The notes under the pieces are model-generated. The model ran no database searches. It was not told where the DNA came from and saw only the letters and a list, made by a program, of their open reading frames with translations. From Patescibacteria group bacterium (GTDB taxonomy: Bacteria > Patescibacteriota > Patescibacteriia > Patescibacteriales > UBA12465): DNA of 64,000 nucleotides. The stretch is from the NCBI GenBank assembly GCA_049318005.1, contig JBMOHE010000001.1:51440-115439 (forward strand), written 5' to 3'. Both the position numbers and the translations under genes were made by a program. Positions 54,243 to 63,700 of the stretch are shown here, one piece after another (the stretch's first letter is position 1; every line of letters starts with the position of its first letter).

Positions 54243-54803
54243 ATGAACTGGTATTCAATTTTCTACTGGCTAACTGTCGCTGACAGCGTAAAAAATTTTT
54301 TTGATTCGGTGAGTAACATTTTCACTTTTTTCGCGGTTGTTTTCTTCATAATATTAATTATTGCATCGATTGGCAAAGCAGTAACACCTGCGGTAAACAA
54401 CGACAAAGACGATGAAGAGGAAAAAACAGATTCGGAAGTTCGCAGCTGGGAAAAAGTCAGGATCTATTCACAAAAATTTTTTTATCCCTTTCTAGCCGTC
54501 GCGCTCATCACTTGGTTTGGTTACGTTTTAACGCCCACAAAAAAAGATTGCCTTCTTATCGTCGCTGGTGGTTCAGTAGGAAATTTTATTTCTTCCGACA
54601 GCACTGCCAAACAGTTACCCGGTGATGTTACGAAATTTTTACACCTTAGCTTGAAGAAAGAAATATCTGAATTAAGCGCTGATGGTCGCAAAGAAATCGG
54701 TATTCAAACTCCGAAAGAAAAATTACTCGACAAAGCGGTAAACATGTCAAAAGAAGAATTGATTAATTATTTAAAATCCGATTCAACTAGAATTGGCAAT
54801 TAG
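54243..54803 (+). CDS. membrane protein, unknown function
   Basis: 186 aa with two or three TM helices and an acidic loop (NNDKDDEEEKTDSE). No family recognised. Confidence 0.5.
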   Translation: MNWYSIFYWLTVADSVKNFFDSVSNIFTFFAVVFFIILIIASIGKAVTPAVNNDKDDEEEKTDSEVRSWEKVRIYSQKFFYPFLAVALITWFGYVLTPTKKDCLLIVAGGSVGNFISSDSTAKQLPGDVTKFLHLSLKKEISELSADGRKEIGIQTPKEKLLDKAVNMSKEELINYLKSDSTRIGN

Positions 54804-54901
54804 ATAATTAGCAAAGAATAAATACAAAGGTAGCTACCGCAGCTGCCTTTTTTTAAATTTTGAGAATATGCTATAATGTAAACATAAATTAAGTTCACCT
54901 T

Positions 54902-56323
54902 ATGAATTTATTAAAACTCATATCAAGCGAAGAGATAATTGGTGGTCTAGAAATAGCTGACGACAGCCTACGTTTTATTTTACTTAAAAACAATAAAACA
55001 GAAATTGAAACAAAGCTTATTTGCGAAGAAAAGTTATCACCTAAAGAGAGTTTAGCTAATTTAGATTTGTTTTTAAAAAAACTATCTATCTTTGTAAAAC
55101 AAAACCATATCAAATACACAATTATCTCCCTTCCCGCCGACAATATTTTTTTAAAGCTCTATAAATTCCCTGTGGCAATTCCAGATGAAAAAATAAGCGA
55201 ATCAATGAAATTAAATATAGATCTGCAATTACCAAAGAAAAAAGAAGATATTTATTGCGACTGGATGAAATTAGAGAAAACAGAAACTAGTCAAAAAGTT
55301 CTCCTCTCCTACATTAAAAAAGATTACGCTCAAAAACTATTTGCAATTTTTAAGAAAGCTGGAGTAAAAATAATCGCCGTAGAAACACATGCTCTGAGTC
55401 TTTCAAGGACAATAAAACAAATTCCCGGCGAAGCTCTCTTAATAGTTGAAAGATCCTATGATAATACTTCTTTTTCTGTTTTAGAAAATAATAACTTAGT
55501 TTTTTTACAAAATTCTCCAAACGAAAAAATAAGCAAAAATCTAAACGAAGAAATTGAAAAAATTGTTAATTTTCACGATTGGGGGGATATAGTAATTAAA
55601 AAATTATTTTTAATAGGTGATTTTTCTGAAAAAGAAACAAAGAATTTACCAATAAAAATAAGCTCTTTAAAAGAAGAAGTCGAGGATAAAAAACAAGCTC
55701 TAGACAAAAAATGGCTAATTTCTTTAGGAGCGGCAAAGCGCGGCTTAATACCAAGAAAAGATGACAACATAATCAGCTTAATGGAAATTGGAACAGAAAA
55801 AGCCTACAAACAAGAAAAAGCGAACATTAGCGCAGATTTTTTTATGGGAATTAGCATTGCTCTTTCGATATTTTTTATAGCTATATTTTTTACTACCTGG
55901 TCATTTATCTCGATGATGCAAGGAAATTATAATAAACGAATTAGCTCCTTAAGCCTATTGCCTGGGTCAGAAAACGGCGTATTACTAAAAGAAAAAGCAG
56001 ATATTTTTAACAACTTAATATCGGAAACTAAACAATTAACACAGACTGAAGCTCGCTGGAGTAAGGTAATTGAAGAAATAAAAAATAAGTTAAGCCAGGA
56101 TATAAAAGTTAGCACCCTATCTTTACCAAGTGCAGATGGAATCTTTACAATAACAGGCACGGCTCTAAATCGGGAATCAATTAATAGCCTAAAAAAATCG
56201 TTTGAATCATCAAATTTATTTTCTGATATAGATATTCCTTTAAATAATCTTGGCAAAAAGAACGATATCCCCTTTTCAATGACTTTCAAAATTAAAGATA
56301 GCCAATTAATCTACACAAAATGA
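54902..56323 (+). CDS. PilM-like actin-fold pilus assembly protein fused to a PilN-like TM segment
   Basis: N-terminal IGGLEIADDSLRFILL, SLPADNIFLKLYKFPVAIPDEKISESMKLNIDLQLP and AVETHALSL are PilM-like. A TM helix FFMGISIALSIFFIAIFFTTW at about aa 310 is followed by a PilN-like periplasmic region. Confidence 0.55.
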   Translation: MNLLKLISSEEIIGGLEIADDSLRFILLKNNKTEIETKLICEEKLSPKESLANLDLFLKKLSIFVKQNHIKYTIISLPADNIFLKLYKFPVAIPDEKISESMKLNIDLQLPKKKEDIYCDWMKLEKTETSQKVLLSYIKKDYAQKLFAIFKKAGVKIIAVETHALSLSRTIKQIPGEALLIVERSYDNTSFSVLENNNLVFLQNSPNEKISKNLNEEIEKIVNFHDWGDIVIKKLFLIGDFSEKETKNLPIKISSLKEEVEDKKQALDKKWLISLGAAKRGLIPRKDDNIISLMEIGTEKAYKQEKANISADFFMGISIALSIFFIAIFFTTWSFISMMQGNYNKRISSLSLLPGSENGVLLKEKADIFNNLISETKQLTQTEARWSKVIEEIKNKLSQDIKVSTLSLPSADGIFTITGTALNRESINSLKKSFESSNLFSDIDIPLNNLGKKNDIPFSMTFKIKDSQLIYTK

Positions 56324-56886
56324 AACTCATCAACACTAATTTCAAAATTAAAATAATTTCGAAAATAATAATTATTATTGGTGTTCTTTTGCCCGCCCTT
56401 ATCTCAATATATTTTTTTAGCCAACAAATTAAAAAAATAAATATTAGCTTAATGGAAAGAAAGGAAATGGATTATATTGTTTCTAATCAGGAAGCTATAA
56501 ACACTAAAATAAGAAGTGAATTTTCACAAGTAGACCCGGAATACAAAGAAAAAATTATTAGCTCACTACCATCGGTTTATAACATTCTTGATTTTGTTGA
56601 TGCAATGGAAAGCCTTGCAATAAAACATTCTTATAAACAAAGCTTGAGCTTCTCTCCCCCAGTAGACGCGCCGGAAATTAACGGGCTAATATCAGTTAAG
56701 GCGATTAATTTCAATTTAATAATCAATGAAACTAATCTCGAGAATTTCATCTCTTATTTAAAAGAATTTGAAGGCCTACCTTACTTTGTTTCAATTACTA
56801 GCATAAACCAAGCAAGCGTTAGTCTTGATGGTTTGCAAAAAAACTCTTCAATTAATATCAGTGGTCGTCTATATGCAAAACAATAA
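56320..56886 (+). CDS. PilO-like bitopic membrane protein
   Basis: 4-nt overlap with the PilMN gene. N-terminal TM helix, a coiled segment and an alpha/beta C-terminus. Assigned by architecture and position. Confidence 0.4.
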   Translation: MKLINTNFKIKIISKIIIIIGVLLPALISIYFFSQQIKKINISLMERKEMDYIVSNQEAINTKIRSEFSQVDPEYKEKIISSLPSVYNILDFVDAMESLAIKHSYKQSLSFSPPVDAPEINGLISVKAINFNLIINETNLENFISYLKEFEGLPYFVSITSINQASVSLDGLQKNSSINISGRLYAKQ

Positions 56887-57550
56887 TCAAATTAATAAAA
56901 CAAAACGAACGGAGCGCGAAGAAATTGTCTACGCGACTATTTTTGTTTTATACTTCGGTTTTATTATTTTAATTTTTGCTTATTCTGTTAAATTCTTAGG
57001 AGAAACGATAAACGCTGTTTTAAGTGATCCTCAGGGAAAAGCTAACGAAGAAAGTTACGGCCAGCTTAATCTTGAATCCTATTTATTAATTAGCGATAAA
57101 CTAAAATTAAACAATGCAATAAACAATAATAATTCAGATAAAGAATTATTAAATAGAGCCATTGCCACTTCAAGCGAAGAGATAATGAATAAGGAGGTGA
57201 TCGCAACTAGTTCAGATTTAAGCATAAAAGATGAAATTTCAAATAATACTTTAGATTCTATTGTTGAGGAAATTAGACCGACTATTATTGTGATGAATTC
57301 AACTGTAAAGTCTGGTCTAGCCTCAAAGTTAAAAACAAAACTTGAGAAGGCTGGTTTCACTGTTTTAAAATCAGGCAACCTAAAACCGACTAAAGACATT
57401 AGTATAATTTATTTAAGTAAATCATTTGATCAAAACTCTAAATATCTTTTTGAAATAAAAAAAATCGTTTCTGAAGATTACAACTTCGTGATTCTTCCTC
57501 TTGAAAACGATTCTCAATCAGACATCCAAATAATAATCGGAAATCAATAA
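56873..57550 (+). CDS. membrane-anchored LytR_C-domain protein
   Basis: I prefer the ATG at 56873 (MQNNNQ). TM helix, then C-terminal IIVMNSTVKSGLASKLKTKLEKAGFTVLKSGNLKPTKDISIIYL, which matches the LytR C-terminal domain pattern. Confidence 0.5.
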   Translation: MQNNNQINKTKRTEREEIVYATIFVLYFGFIILIFAYSVKFLGETINAVLSDPQGKANEESYGQLNLESYLLISDKLKLNNAINNNNSDKELLNRAIATSSEEIMNKEVIATSSDLSIKDEISNNTLDSIVEEIRPTIIVMNSTVKSGLASKLKTKLEKAGFTVLKSGNLKPTKDISIIYLSKSFDQNSKYLFEIKKIVSEDYNFVILPLENDSQSDIQIIIGNQ

Positions 57551-57982
57551 TTATTGCCAGTTATAACTAACTATTTTTCCGTAGGAGTCGAGGTTTGCAT
57601 TAACCTGGACTCTTTTAACAATTGTAGATATCTCCGCCTCTGAGTTGATAACTATTTCACTACTAGTTGGAAAAGTTGCTGGTGTATAGGACACGTTAAC
57701 ACAACCATTAATATTACCCGAGCAACCTCCGGAAACCATTTCAAGCTGGAAGTTGTTACCACACTGATCACAAGGCATTCTACTTATTCCAACTAATGCC
57801 TCCTGAGCACCTATTTTAGCGTATTCTAAGGCTAAATTTCCCTTCTCCTGATTACTTGAAGACAGGCTATCAGATAAACTAATAGAACTAATAAACAAAC
57901 CAACTGAGATAATTAAAATTAGTAATCCCATTACTAAAGGGATAGAGGCGACGCCGCTTTTATCTATTTTTTTTAATATCAT
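57551..57982 (-). CDS. PilX_N-like minor pilin-like protein
   Basis: KSGVASIPLVMGLLILIISVGLFISSISL...GNLALEYAKIGAQEAL resembles the PilX N-terminal domain pattern. Four Cys in the C-terminal half. Confidence 0.45.
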   Translation of the reverse strand: MILKKIDKSGVASIPLVMGLLILIISVGLFISSISLSDSLSSSNQEKGNLALEYAKIGAQEALVGISRMPCDQCGNNFQLEMVSGGCSGNINGCVNVSYTPATFPTSSEIVINSEAEISTIVKRVQVNANLDSYGKIVSYNWQ

Positions 57983-57983
57983 A

Positions 57984-58514
57984 CTAAAAATCTTTATTCA
58001 AATTAAAACTTGTTTTTTGGCTCTGGGAATAATTTAAATCTGTGCTAGAGCTATTATAAGCACCAGAGATATTAACTTCTACTCCAACTATTTTTTTTCC
58101 TAAAATAGAATTAGAGTTTTCTAAACGTGTAAACTGTAAATTACTAATCTTTATTAAATCTGAGCTAATATACTCGGCTGCCTGACTATTAATTTGACGA
58201 GTAACTCGATTAGCATTTATTGTATATTTAATAGATTCACCATTAACCATTAAGTCTAAGGTAGTCGAACTTGTGCTTGCTACTAAAGGTATATTTAAAT
58301 TACTAGCCATTAAAATATCTCTCTTTATTTTTGAACTAACAAAATTAAAATTTGAGTTTAATTCACTTTTAGCTTGAACATTAGAACCGCCTTTATTCAA
58401 AAGCAAAAAAGTATTTGATAAAACAACCGACATAACTAACAAAACAGCTAGATACAAAATCAGCTCCATTAAAGTGAATGCGGCTAAAGATTTTTTTTTG
58501 AAATTATTATTCAT
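57984..58514 (-). CDS. prepilin-type N-terminal cleavage/methylation domain protein (pseudopilin)
   Basis: KKKSLAAFTLMELILYLAVLLVMSVVL is the class III signal (A/G)-F-T-L-x-E with a hydrophobic helix. Confidence 0.7.
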   Translation of the reverse strand: MNNNFKKKSLAAFTLMELILYLAVLLVMSVVLSNTFLLLNKGGSNVQAKSELNSNFNFVSSKIKRDILMASNLNIPLVASTSSTTLDLMVNGESIKYTINANRVTRQINSQAAEYISSDLIKISNLQFTRLENSNSILGKKIVGVEVNISGAYNSSSTDLNYSQSQKTSFNLNKDF

Positions 58515-58517
58515 AAA

Positions 58518-61500
58518 TTAAGGGCTCCAGCTAATCATAACTTCATTAACTTGAGGCGTATACTCTCCGCCATTAGAGCAATCCGAGGAACAAATTCTTA
58601 TTTTATATCTAAAATATCTCTTATTATTATGGTTATTATAGCAACCAATTGATGTTGGAAAATCAGGATCGTTGGAATACCAATCATCTGCATCTCCGGT
58701 GCAGACTGTTCCGAAATAATTCCAAGGACCGCTAGGATTATCTGAGCTGGCTATTTGAAATAATATTATGCCCTGGTTAAGTGCTGGGCCTCCATAATTT
58801 CCTCGCCACATAATTGAGTTATAAGCGGGACCATCGGCGACTCCAGTTGTGTCAAAAATAATTGAAGTTAATTCTCCGTAAGCTGGGTATCCAACTACGA
58901 CACCACTAGGTATTTTCCACGCCACATAATAATAAACACCAGAGCTTGAATTAACCGCAGTGTCAATTCCAAGTTGAAAGCCATTAGTTATAAAAGCTTT
59001 TATCATGCCAGCTGTCAGCGGGTAGGCTTCAAAAGATTGAGTTAAGTTACCAACTAACGTTATTGGTCTTTGGACGGCAGCGATAGCTGTATTTCTTTTA
59101 ATCCAAACTAGATCCGGATCAAAGCCAGGATCAGTGATACTTAAATTATCAACGCCAGTTCCTGTGTATTTTCCAACTTTAAAATTAGCACTATTTTTAA
59201 AGCCGAAAAAATAATAATAAAATCCGAAGCTATTAGTATTTGAACTGAGTCCCACCTGAAAACCATTAGCACTAAAACTTTGCAAACTATTAAGAAAATC
59301 AGCCCTACTTGAAAAAAAACTACTATTATTAATACCGTGACTTGACGTTCTAAAGCTGCTACGAGTTGCAGTGGGTCCGCCCACAACCACCATATCAGCT
59401 TGAAATGGAAAACGAGAAATTAATTTAGTGTTGTAGGAACCATAATAAGCGCCAATATAAAAATCACTAGCTCCGGAATTTTTTTCTGGGTTCCATGCAT
59501 TACCGAATGCCTGCCAGTGATAAACAGTTCCGGCTGTATTTGTAGTTACATGATTATAAACAGTAAAACCATCTGAATTAATAGACGTTACAGCGCCAGC
59601 ATAAGAAGAATTAACGGAAAAATCAAGAGTAACATCACCACCAATTAACGAGGTTCTAAAAACACTAGACTGAGCTTGATCCGATCTTACGATCACTAAA
59701 TCGGGCTTGAAATCTAAACCGGTAATATTTAAGTATTGCCCAGTACCAGTATAAGTGCCTTCAGCCATTTTATAAGTGCCGCTTGAATTGCGCGTATCTA
59801 TTGCTCCTCCAAAAGCAACATAATAAATAATATTTCCAGAACCATTAGAAGTTGAATTAATTCCAACCTGAAAACCATCGGTTTGAAGAGCTTGGATAGA
59901 GTCAACTAAATTAGCGGTAGCCGCAAAATAACTAGAACTATCTCCATACGATTCATCGGTACTAAAAACCCCAGAAACTGCAGTGGCCGCATTAGCATTT
60001 TTCAAAAATACAAAATCAGGCACAAAACCAACTCCAGTTATATTTCTGTTATCAGTGGCGTTCCCTGTATAAGTGCCAACATTAACTGAACCGGCGACTG
60101 ATTTAAAAGCGGCAAAATAATATACTCCACCTGAAGCACTGTTAGTGGTCCCAACTGAAAAGCCAGTTGCATCAAGCGTTGTAAAGAGAGCTCCGGCCGT
60201 ATTCTGAGTTGTGGCCATAAAATATTGGCCGGCATTCGCAGGCATAGCCGACGAACGCCAATTGGCCGCTACGGCCGTACTCTGTTTAACCATTACCAGA
60301 TTTGGTTGAAAGCCTACTGGAACGGCTTTGGCCGCGCCAGTGCCAGTATATGAACCAACACAAAATGTTCCAGTGGCTGAGCAGTCTGAACCGGCAAAAG
60401 CTGTCCAGGTATAACCAACATTAAGTGTGTTAGTGATTGTACCAACAACAGAAAATCCGTCGCTATTAATTACTATAGACGCTCCAGAATTATCAGCAGT
60501 TGCGGAACCTAAGTAAGCAGTATTTAAAGTTGGCATAGCACTAGTTTTAAAAACTCCAGCACTAGCCGTCGTGTTTGATTTAATAATAATCATTTCTGGT
60601 TTAAAGCCAAGGCCGGAAATAGATTTAGCGCCACCGTTACCAACATAATAACCTGTTTGAATTTTATAAGAAGGCGGAGTTGTGTTTTGAGTAGAATTTT
60701 TTTTCCAAGCTACATAAATATAAACACCAGTTGCCAGGTTAACTTCAGTTCCTGTTCCGAGTTGAAAACCGTTAGTTACAAAAGCTTTAATTTTTCCCGC
60801 TGCTTGAGCGCTTGCCGTAAAATATTGTGTCAAATCTCCTGTCAGAGTTCTAGGTCTTTGGACACCAGCGACATTCGTATTTCTTTTAATCCAAACTAAG
60901 TCAGGATCAAAGCCGGGATCAGTAATACTTAAATTATTAACTCCATTTCCTGTGTATTTCCCGACTTTAAAATTAGTTCCATTTTTAAAGCCAAAGTAGA
61001 AAAACATCCCGGCTGCACTATTAACACTGGTGCTGTTCCCTGTCTGAAAACCATCAGCACTTAAAGATTGAATATGGTTGGCGACGTCAGCCGTCGCTCC
61101 ATAAGTACTAGTTAAGTCGCCCACATGACTTGAGGTTCTAAAAACACCAACTACGGATGCGCTAGAAACTTTTACGGCCAACATGTCCGCTTGAAATGGT
61201 AAGCGAGTAATGTTTCTATTATCTAGCCCGTTTCCATAATAAGCTCCAATATAAAAATCACCGGCTCCAGAATTTGTTTCCGGACTCCAAGCATTTCCAA
61301 ATGCCTGCCAATGATAAACAGTTCCAACCGTATTTGTGGTTACATGATTATAAACAGTAAAGCCATCGGGATTAATAGAGCTAATCGCACCAATAATATT
61401 ACCAGTAGCCGAATCTAAATAAGCGGTTGAATCTCCGCCCATTAGTGATGTTCTAAATACACCAACTACCGCCGTACTTGCTTTTACAATCACTAAGTCT

Positions 61501-62702
61501 GGCTTAAAATCTAAGCCAGTAATATTTAAATACTGCCCCGTACCAGTATAAGAACCTTCGGCCATTTGATAAGCACCACTAGCGTTTCTAGTATTATTTG
61601 TTCCGCCAAAAGCAGCGTAATATATAATATTTCCAGAACCATTAGAAGTTGAATTAATTCCAACCTGAAAACCATCGGTTTGAAGAGCTTGGATAGAGTC
61701 AACTAAATTAGCGGTAGCCGCAAAATAACTAGAACTATCTCCATACGATTCATCGGTACTAAAAACCCCAGAAACTGCAGTGGCCGCATTAGCATTTTTC
61801 AAAAATACAAAATCAGGCACAAAACCAACTCCAGTTATATTTCTGTTATCAGTGGCGTTCCCTGTATAAGTGCCAACATTAACTGAACCGGCGACTGATT
61901 TAAAAGCGGCAAAATAATATACTCCACCTGAAGCACTGTTAGTGGTCCCAACTGAAAAGCCAGTTGCATCAAGCGTTGTAAAGAGAGCTCCGGCCGTATT
62001 CTGAGTTGTGGCCATAAAATATTGGCCGGCATTCGCAGGCATAGCCGACGAACGCCAATTGGCCGCTACGGCCGTACTCTGTTTAACCATTACCAGATTT
62101 GGTTGAAAGCCTACTGGAACGGCTTTGGCCGCGCCAGTGCCAGTATATGAACCAACACAAAATGTTCCAGTGGCTGAGCAGTCTGAACCGGCAAAAGCTG
62201 TCCAGGTATATCTTACGTTATTTGTGTTACCGACAGCTGTCGTAACACTAAATCCATCACTATTAATAATGATTAGGCCAGTTGTGTTGTCGGCTGTTGC
62301 TACGCCTAAATAAGCAGTATTTAAAGATGGCATAGCGCTAGTTTTGATAACTGCGCTTCCGGCCGATGTATTTGATTTCAAAATAACCATTTCTGGCTTA
62401 AATCCCAAACCACTAATTGATTTAACGCCACCGTTACCGATATAATAACCTGTTTGGATTTTATACGTAGCGGCTTCAGCCTTATTAACACTAGGAGTTA
62501 AAAGATTGGCCATTTTTTTATCAATTACATTTGAGTCATTGAGAGACAAATATAATGAATCAACTATATTTCCATCACTTATAGTCTTCGCAATTTTTTT
62601 CAAAAGCATCTCAGAAGGAAATCCGGAAATAAAAAAGACTAGCATTAAAAAAATTCCTAATGTTTTACGAAAGAAAATTCTATTTTTGTGAAATATAATC
62701 AT
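58518..62702 (-). CDS. giant (1394 aa) membrane-anchored repeat protein: 12 x ~100-aa modules + Cys-rich C-terminal domain
   Basis: Single long ORF with N-terminal TM helix GIFLMLVFFISGF. Modules have the recurring signature Y-x-G-x-G...I-[TS]-G-[LV]-G-F-x-P-[DE]-x-V-x-[IV]-K...T-S...D-G-F-x-V...Y-[YHI]-[WYF]-x-A-F. The last ~125 aa carry 6 Cys. Confidence 0.8.
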   Translation of the reverse strand: MIIFHKNRIFFRKTLGIFLMLVFFISGFPSEMLLKKIAKTISDGNIVDSLYLSLNDSNVIDKKMANLLTPSVNKAEAATYKIQTGYYIGNGGVKSISGLGFKPEMVILKSNTSAGSAVIKTSAMPSLNTAYLGVATADNTTGLIIINSDGFSVTTAVGNTNNVRYTWTAFAGSDCSATGTFCVGSYTGTGAAKAVPVGFQPNLVMVKQSTAVAANWRSSAMPANAGQYFMATTQNTAGALFTTLDATGFSVGTTNSASGGVYYFAAFKSVAGSVNVGTYTGNATDNRNITGVGFVPDFVFLKNANAATAVSGVFSTDESYGDSSSYFAATANLVDSIQALQTDGFQVGINSTSNGSGNIIYYAAFGGTNNTRNASGAYQMAEGSYTGTGQYLNITGLDFKPDLVIVKASTAVVGVFRTSLMGGDSTAYLDSATGNIIGAISSINPDGFTVYNHVTTNTVGTVYHWQAFGNAWSPETNSGAGDFYIGAYYGNGLDNRNITRLPFQADMLAVKVSSASVVGVFRTSSHVGDLTSTYGATADVANHIQSLSADGFQTGNSTSVNSAAGMFFYFGFKNGTNFKVGKYTGNGVNNLSITDPGFDPDLVWIKRNTNVAGVQRPRTLTGDLTQYFTASAQAAGKIKAFVTNGFQLGTGTEVNLATGVYIYVAWKKNSTQNTTPPSYKIQTGYYVGNGGAKSISGLGFKPEMIIIKSNTTASAGVFKTSAMPTLNTAYLGSATADNSGASIVINSDGFSVVGTITNTLNVGYTWTAFAGSDCSATGTFCVGSYTGTGAAKAVPVGFQPNLVMVKQSTAVAANWRSSAMPANAGQYFMATTQNTAGALFTTLDATGFSVGTTNSASGGVYYFAAFKSVAGSVNVGTYTGNATDNRNITGVGFVPDFVFLKNANAATAVSGVFSTDESYGDSSSYFAATANLVDSIQALQTDGFQVGINSTSNGSGNIIYYVAFGGAIDTRNSSGTYKMAEGTYTGTGQYLNITGLDFKPDLVIVRSDQAQSSVFRTSLIGGDVTLDFSVNSSYAGAVTSINSDGFTVYNHVTTNTAGTVYHWQAFGNAWNPEKNSGASDFYIGAYYGSYNTKLISRFPFQADMVVVGGPTATRSSFRTSSHGINNSSFFSSRADFLNSLQSFSANGFQVGLSSNTNSFGFYYYFFGFKNSANFKVGKYTGTGVDNLSITDPGFDPDLVWIKRNTAIAAVQRPITLVGNLTQSFEAYPLTAGMIKAFITNGFQLGIDTAVNSSSGVYYYVAWKIPSGVVVGYPAYGELTSIIFDTTGVADGPAYNSIMWRGNYGGPALNQGIILFQIASSDNPSGPWNYFGTVCTGDADDWYSNDPDFPTSIGCYNNHNNKRYFRYKIRICSSDCSNGGEYTPQVNEVMISWSP
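58898..62471 (-). repeat. two tandem 1797-bp (599-codon) super-repeats inside the giant gene
   Basis: aa ~78-676 align with aa ~677-1275 (ATYKIQTGYYIGNGG.. versus PSYKIQTGYYVGNGG..). The track's identical shadow ORFs 60038..60235 and 61835..62032 give the 1797-bp period. 61624-62210 is identical to 59827-60413. Confidence 0.85.
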
Positions 62703-63678
62703 AGGCTGATTTTGAAATCTCTCTCATTATCTCTTTAGCTCTATCCACGCCGCCACCATCTTCAATCTCAACCATAACGGTAACAAGATAGGGTCGATTA
62801 GGCACATAAACTATTCCTGAATCAAGAAAGACAACTTCTTTAAATTCTTCGCCAATCTTATGTGAAAATTTTACATCACTAGATATACCCGAACCCAAAA
62901 ATTCGTTAAAACTACTTTCTGATAACCATTTTAAAATCTGCTGAGAGTCATTACGATTTAAATAACTTGCATTATACAAAGATCTAAAAATACGAGAATA
63001 TTCTTTAGCAGTAATATTATAATCAGCATTGAATAATTCTTCCATTCCTAAAGCGGCAAACATTTTATCATATTCTTCACTACTCAAATTACGGACCAAA
63101 ATTTTATGAGCCGTATTATCAGAATTAATTAAAGTTTCCCTTACTAATTCCTCAATTGTAAACTTCGTGCCAACTGGCTTTTTATACAACTCGCCAAACC
63201 TATCATCCTTGTCTTCTTCAAATAAAATTAACTCATTAGATAATTTCCATTTTCCATCCTCAACTCTTTTCATCACAACAAATATAGTTGGCATTTTACT
63301 TAACGATGCTGGCCAAAAACGAGCATCCTGGTTTATAGAAACATTGGCGCCAGTATTTAAAAATTCAAAATATACCCCAATTCTGTGACCATTTTTTTCA
63401 TATTTCGCAACGATTTCTTTCATTTGTTTACGAACTGGCTCGATTGTACTAAAAAAATCATCCTGGCTAACGATACTACGGGCTGGATCTAAAAAATTAT
63501 AATGATTAATTTCTTTCTTAACTGCGTTAAAGTCACTTTTTTTAATTAAAAAATAAGTAATTAAAGCGGAGGCTAAAACTATAAAAATAAATAATAAAAT
63601 ATATGAAATTACATTTTTTTTAAAACCTATTTTTTTTACTTGAGTATCTATAATATTATTTTTAAATTTGTGGCTCAT
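62680..63678 (-). CDS. membrane-anchored class-A beta-lactamase-like serine hydrolase
   Basis: N-terminal TM helix, S-x-x-K (ASLSKMP), SDN (INSDNTA) and a KTG-like HKIGE, in class-A order. Its stop overlaps the giant gene's start by 23 nt. Confidence 0.6.
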   Translation of the reverse strand: MSHKFKNNIIDTQVKKIGFKKNVISYILLFIFIVLASALITYFLIKKSDFNAVKKEINHYNFLDPARSIVSQDDFFSTIEPVRKQMKEIVAKYEKNGHRIGVYFEFLNTGANVSINQDARFWPASLSKMPTIFVVMKRVEDGKWKLSNELILFEEDKDDRFGELYKKPVGTKFTIEELVRETLINSDNTAHKILVRNLSSEEYDKMFAALGMEELFNADYNITAKEYSRIFRSLYNASYLNRNDSQQILKWLSESSFNEFLGSGISSDVKFSHKIGEEFKEVVFLDSGIVYVPNRPYLVTVMVEIEDGGGVDRAKEIMREISKSAYDYISQK

Positions 63679-63700
63679 ATAACAAAACTATAATTATTAG

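Noticed and set aside
60038-62032. Two identical 65-aa ORFs (60038..60235 and 61835..62032) that could be mistaken for a duplicated small gene.
   Set aside because: Both are out-of-frame readings inside the 587-bp identical core of the giant gene's tandem super-repeats. They are useful only for measuring the 1797-bp period.
793-63388. Many track ORFs lying antisense to or nested in longer, well-supported genes: 793..1074, 3292..3510, 3615..3824, 4466..4807, 6624..6821, 7407..7646, 7954..8175, 9716..9898, 9905..10102, 12403..12714, 12551..12760, 21273..21635, 22387..22662, 24219..24404, 26117..26302, 29421..29696, 34323..34685, 36987..37238, 38631..38849, 40537..40722, 44856..45038, 46948..47214, 48716..49082, 51598..51786, 53208..53479, 54895..55143, 55573..55770, 55927..56289, 57079..57399, 59141..59386, 60657..60899, 62125..62313, 62506..62691 and 63167..63388.
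   Set aside because: Each overlaps a longer ORF with recognisable motifs or coherent membrane/secreted architecture. Their translations are low-complexity (Ser/Phe/Ile/Lys-rich) shadows typical of AT-rich DNA, so none is reported as a gene.
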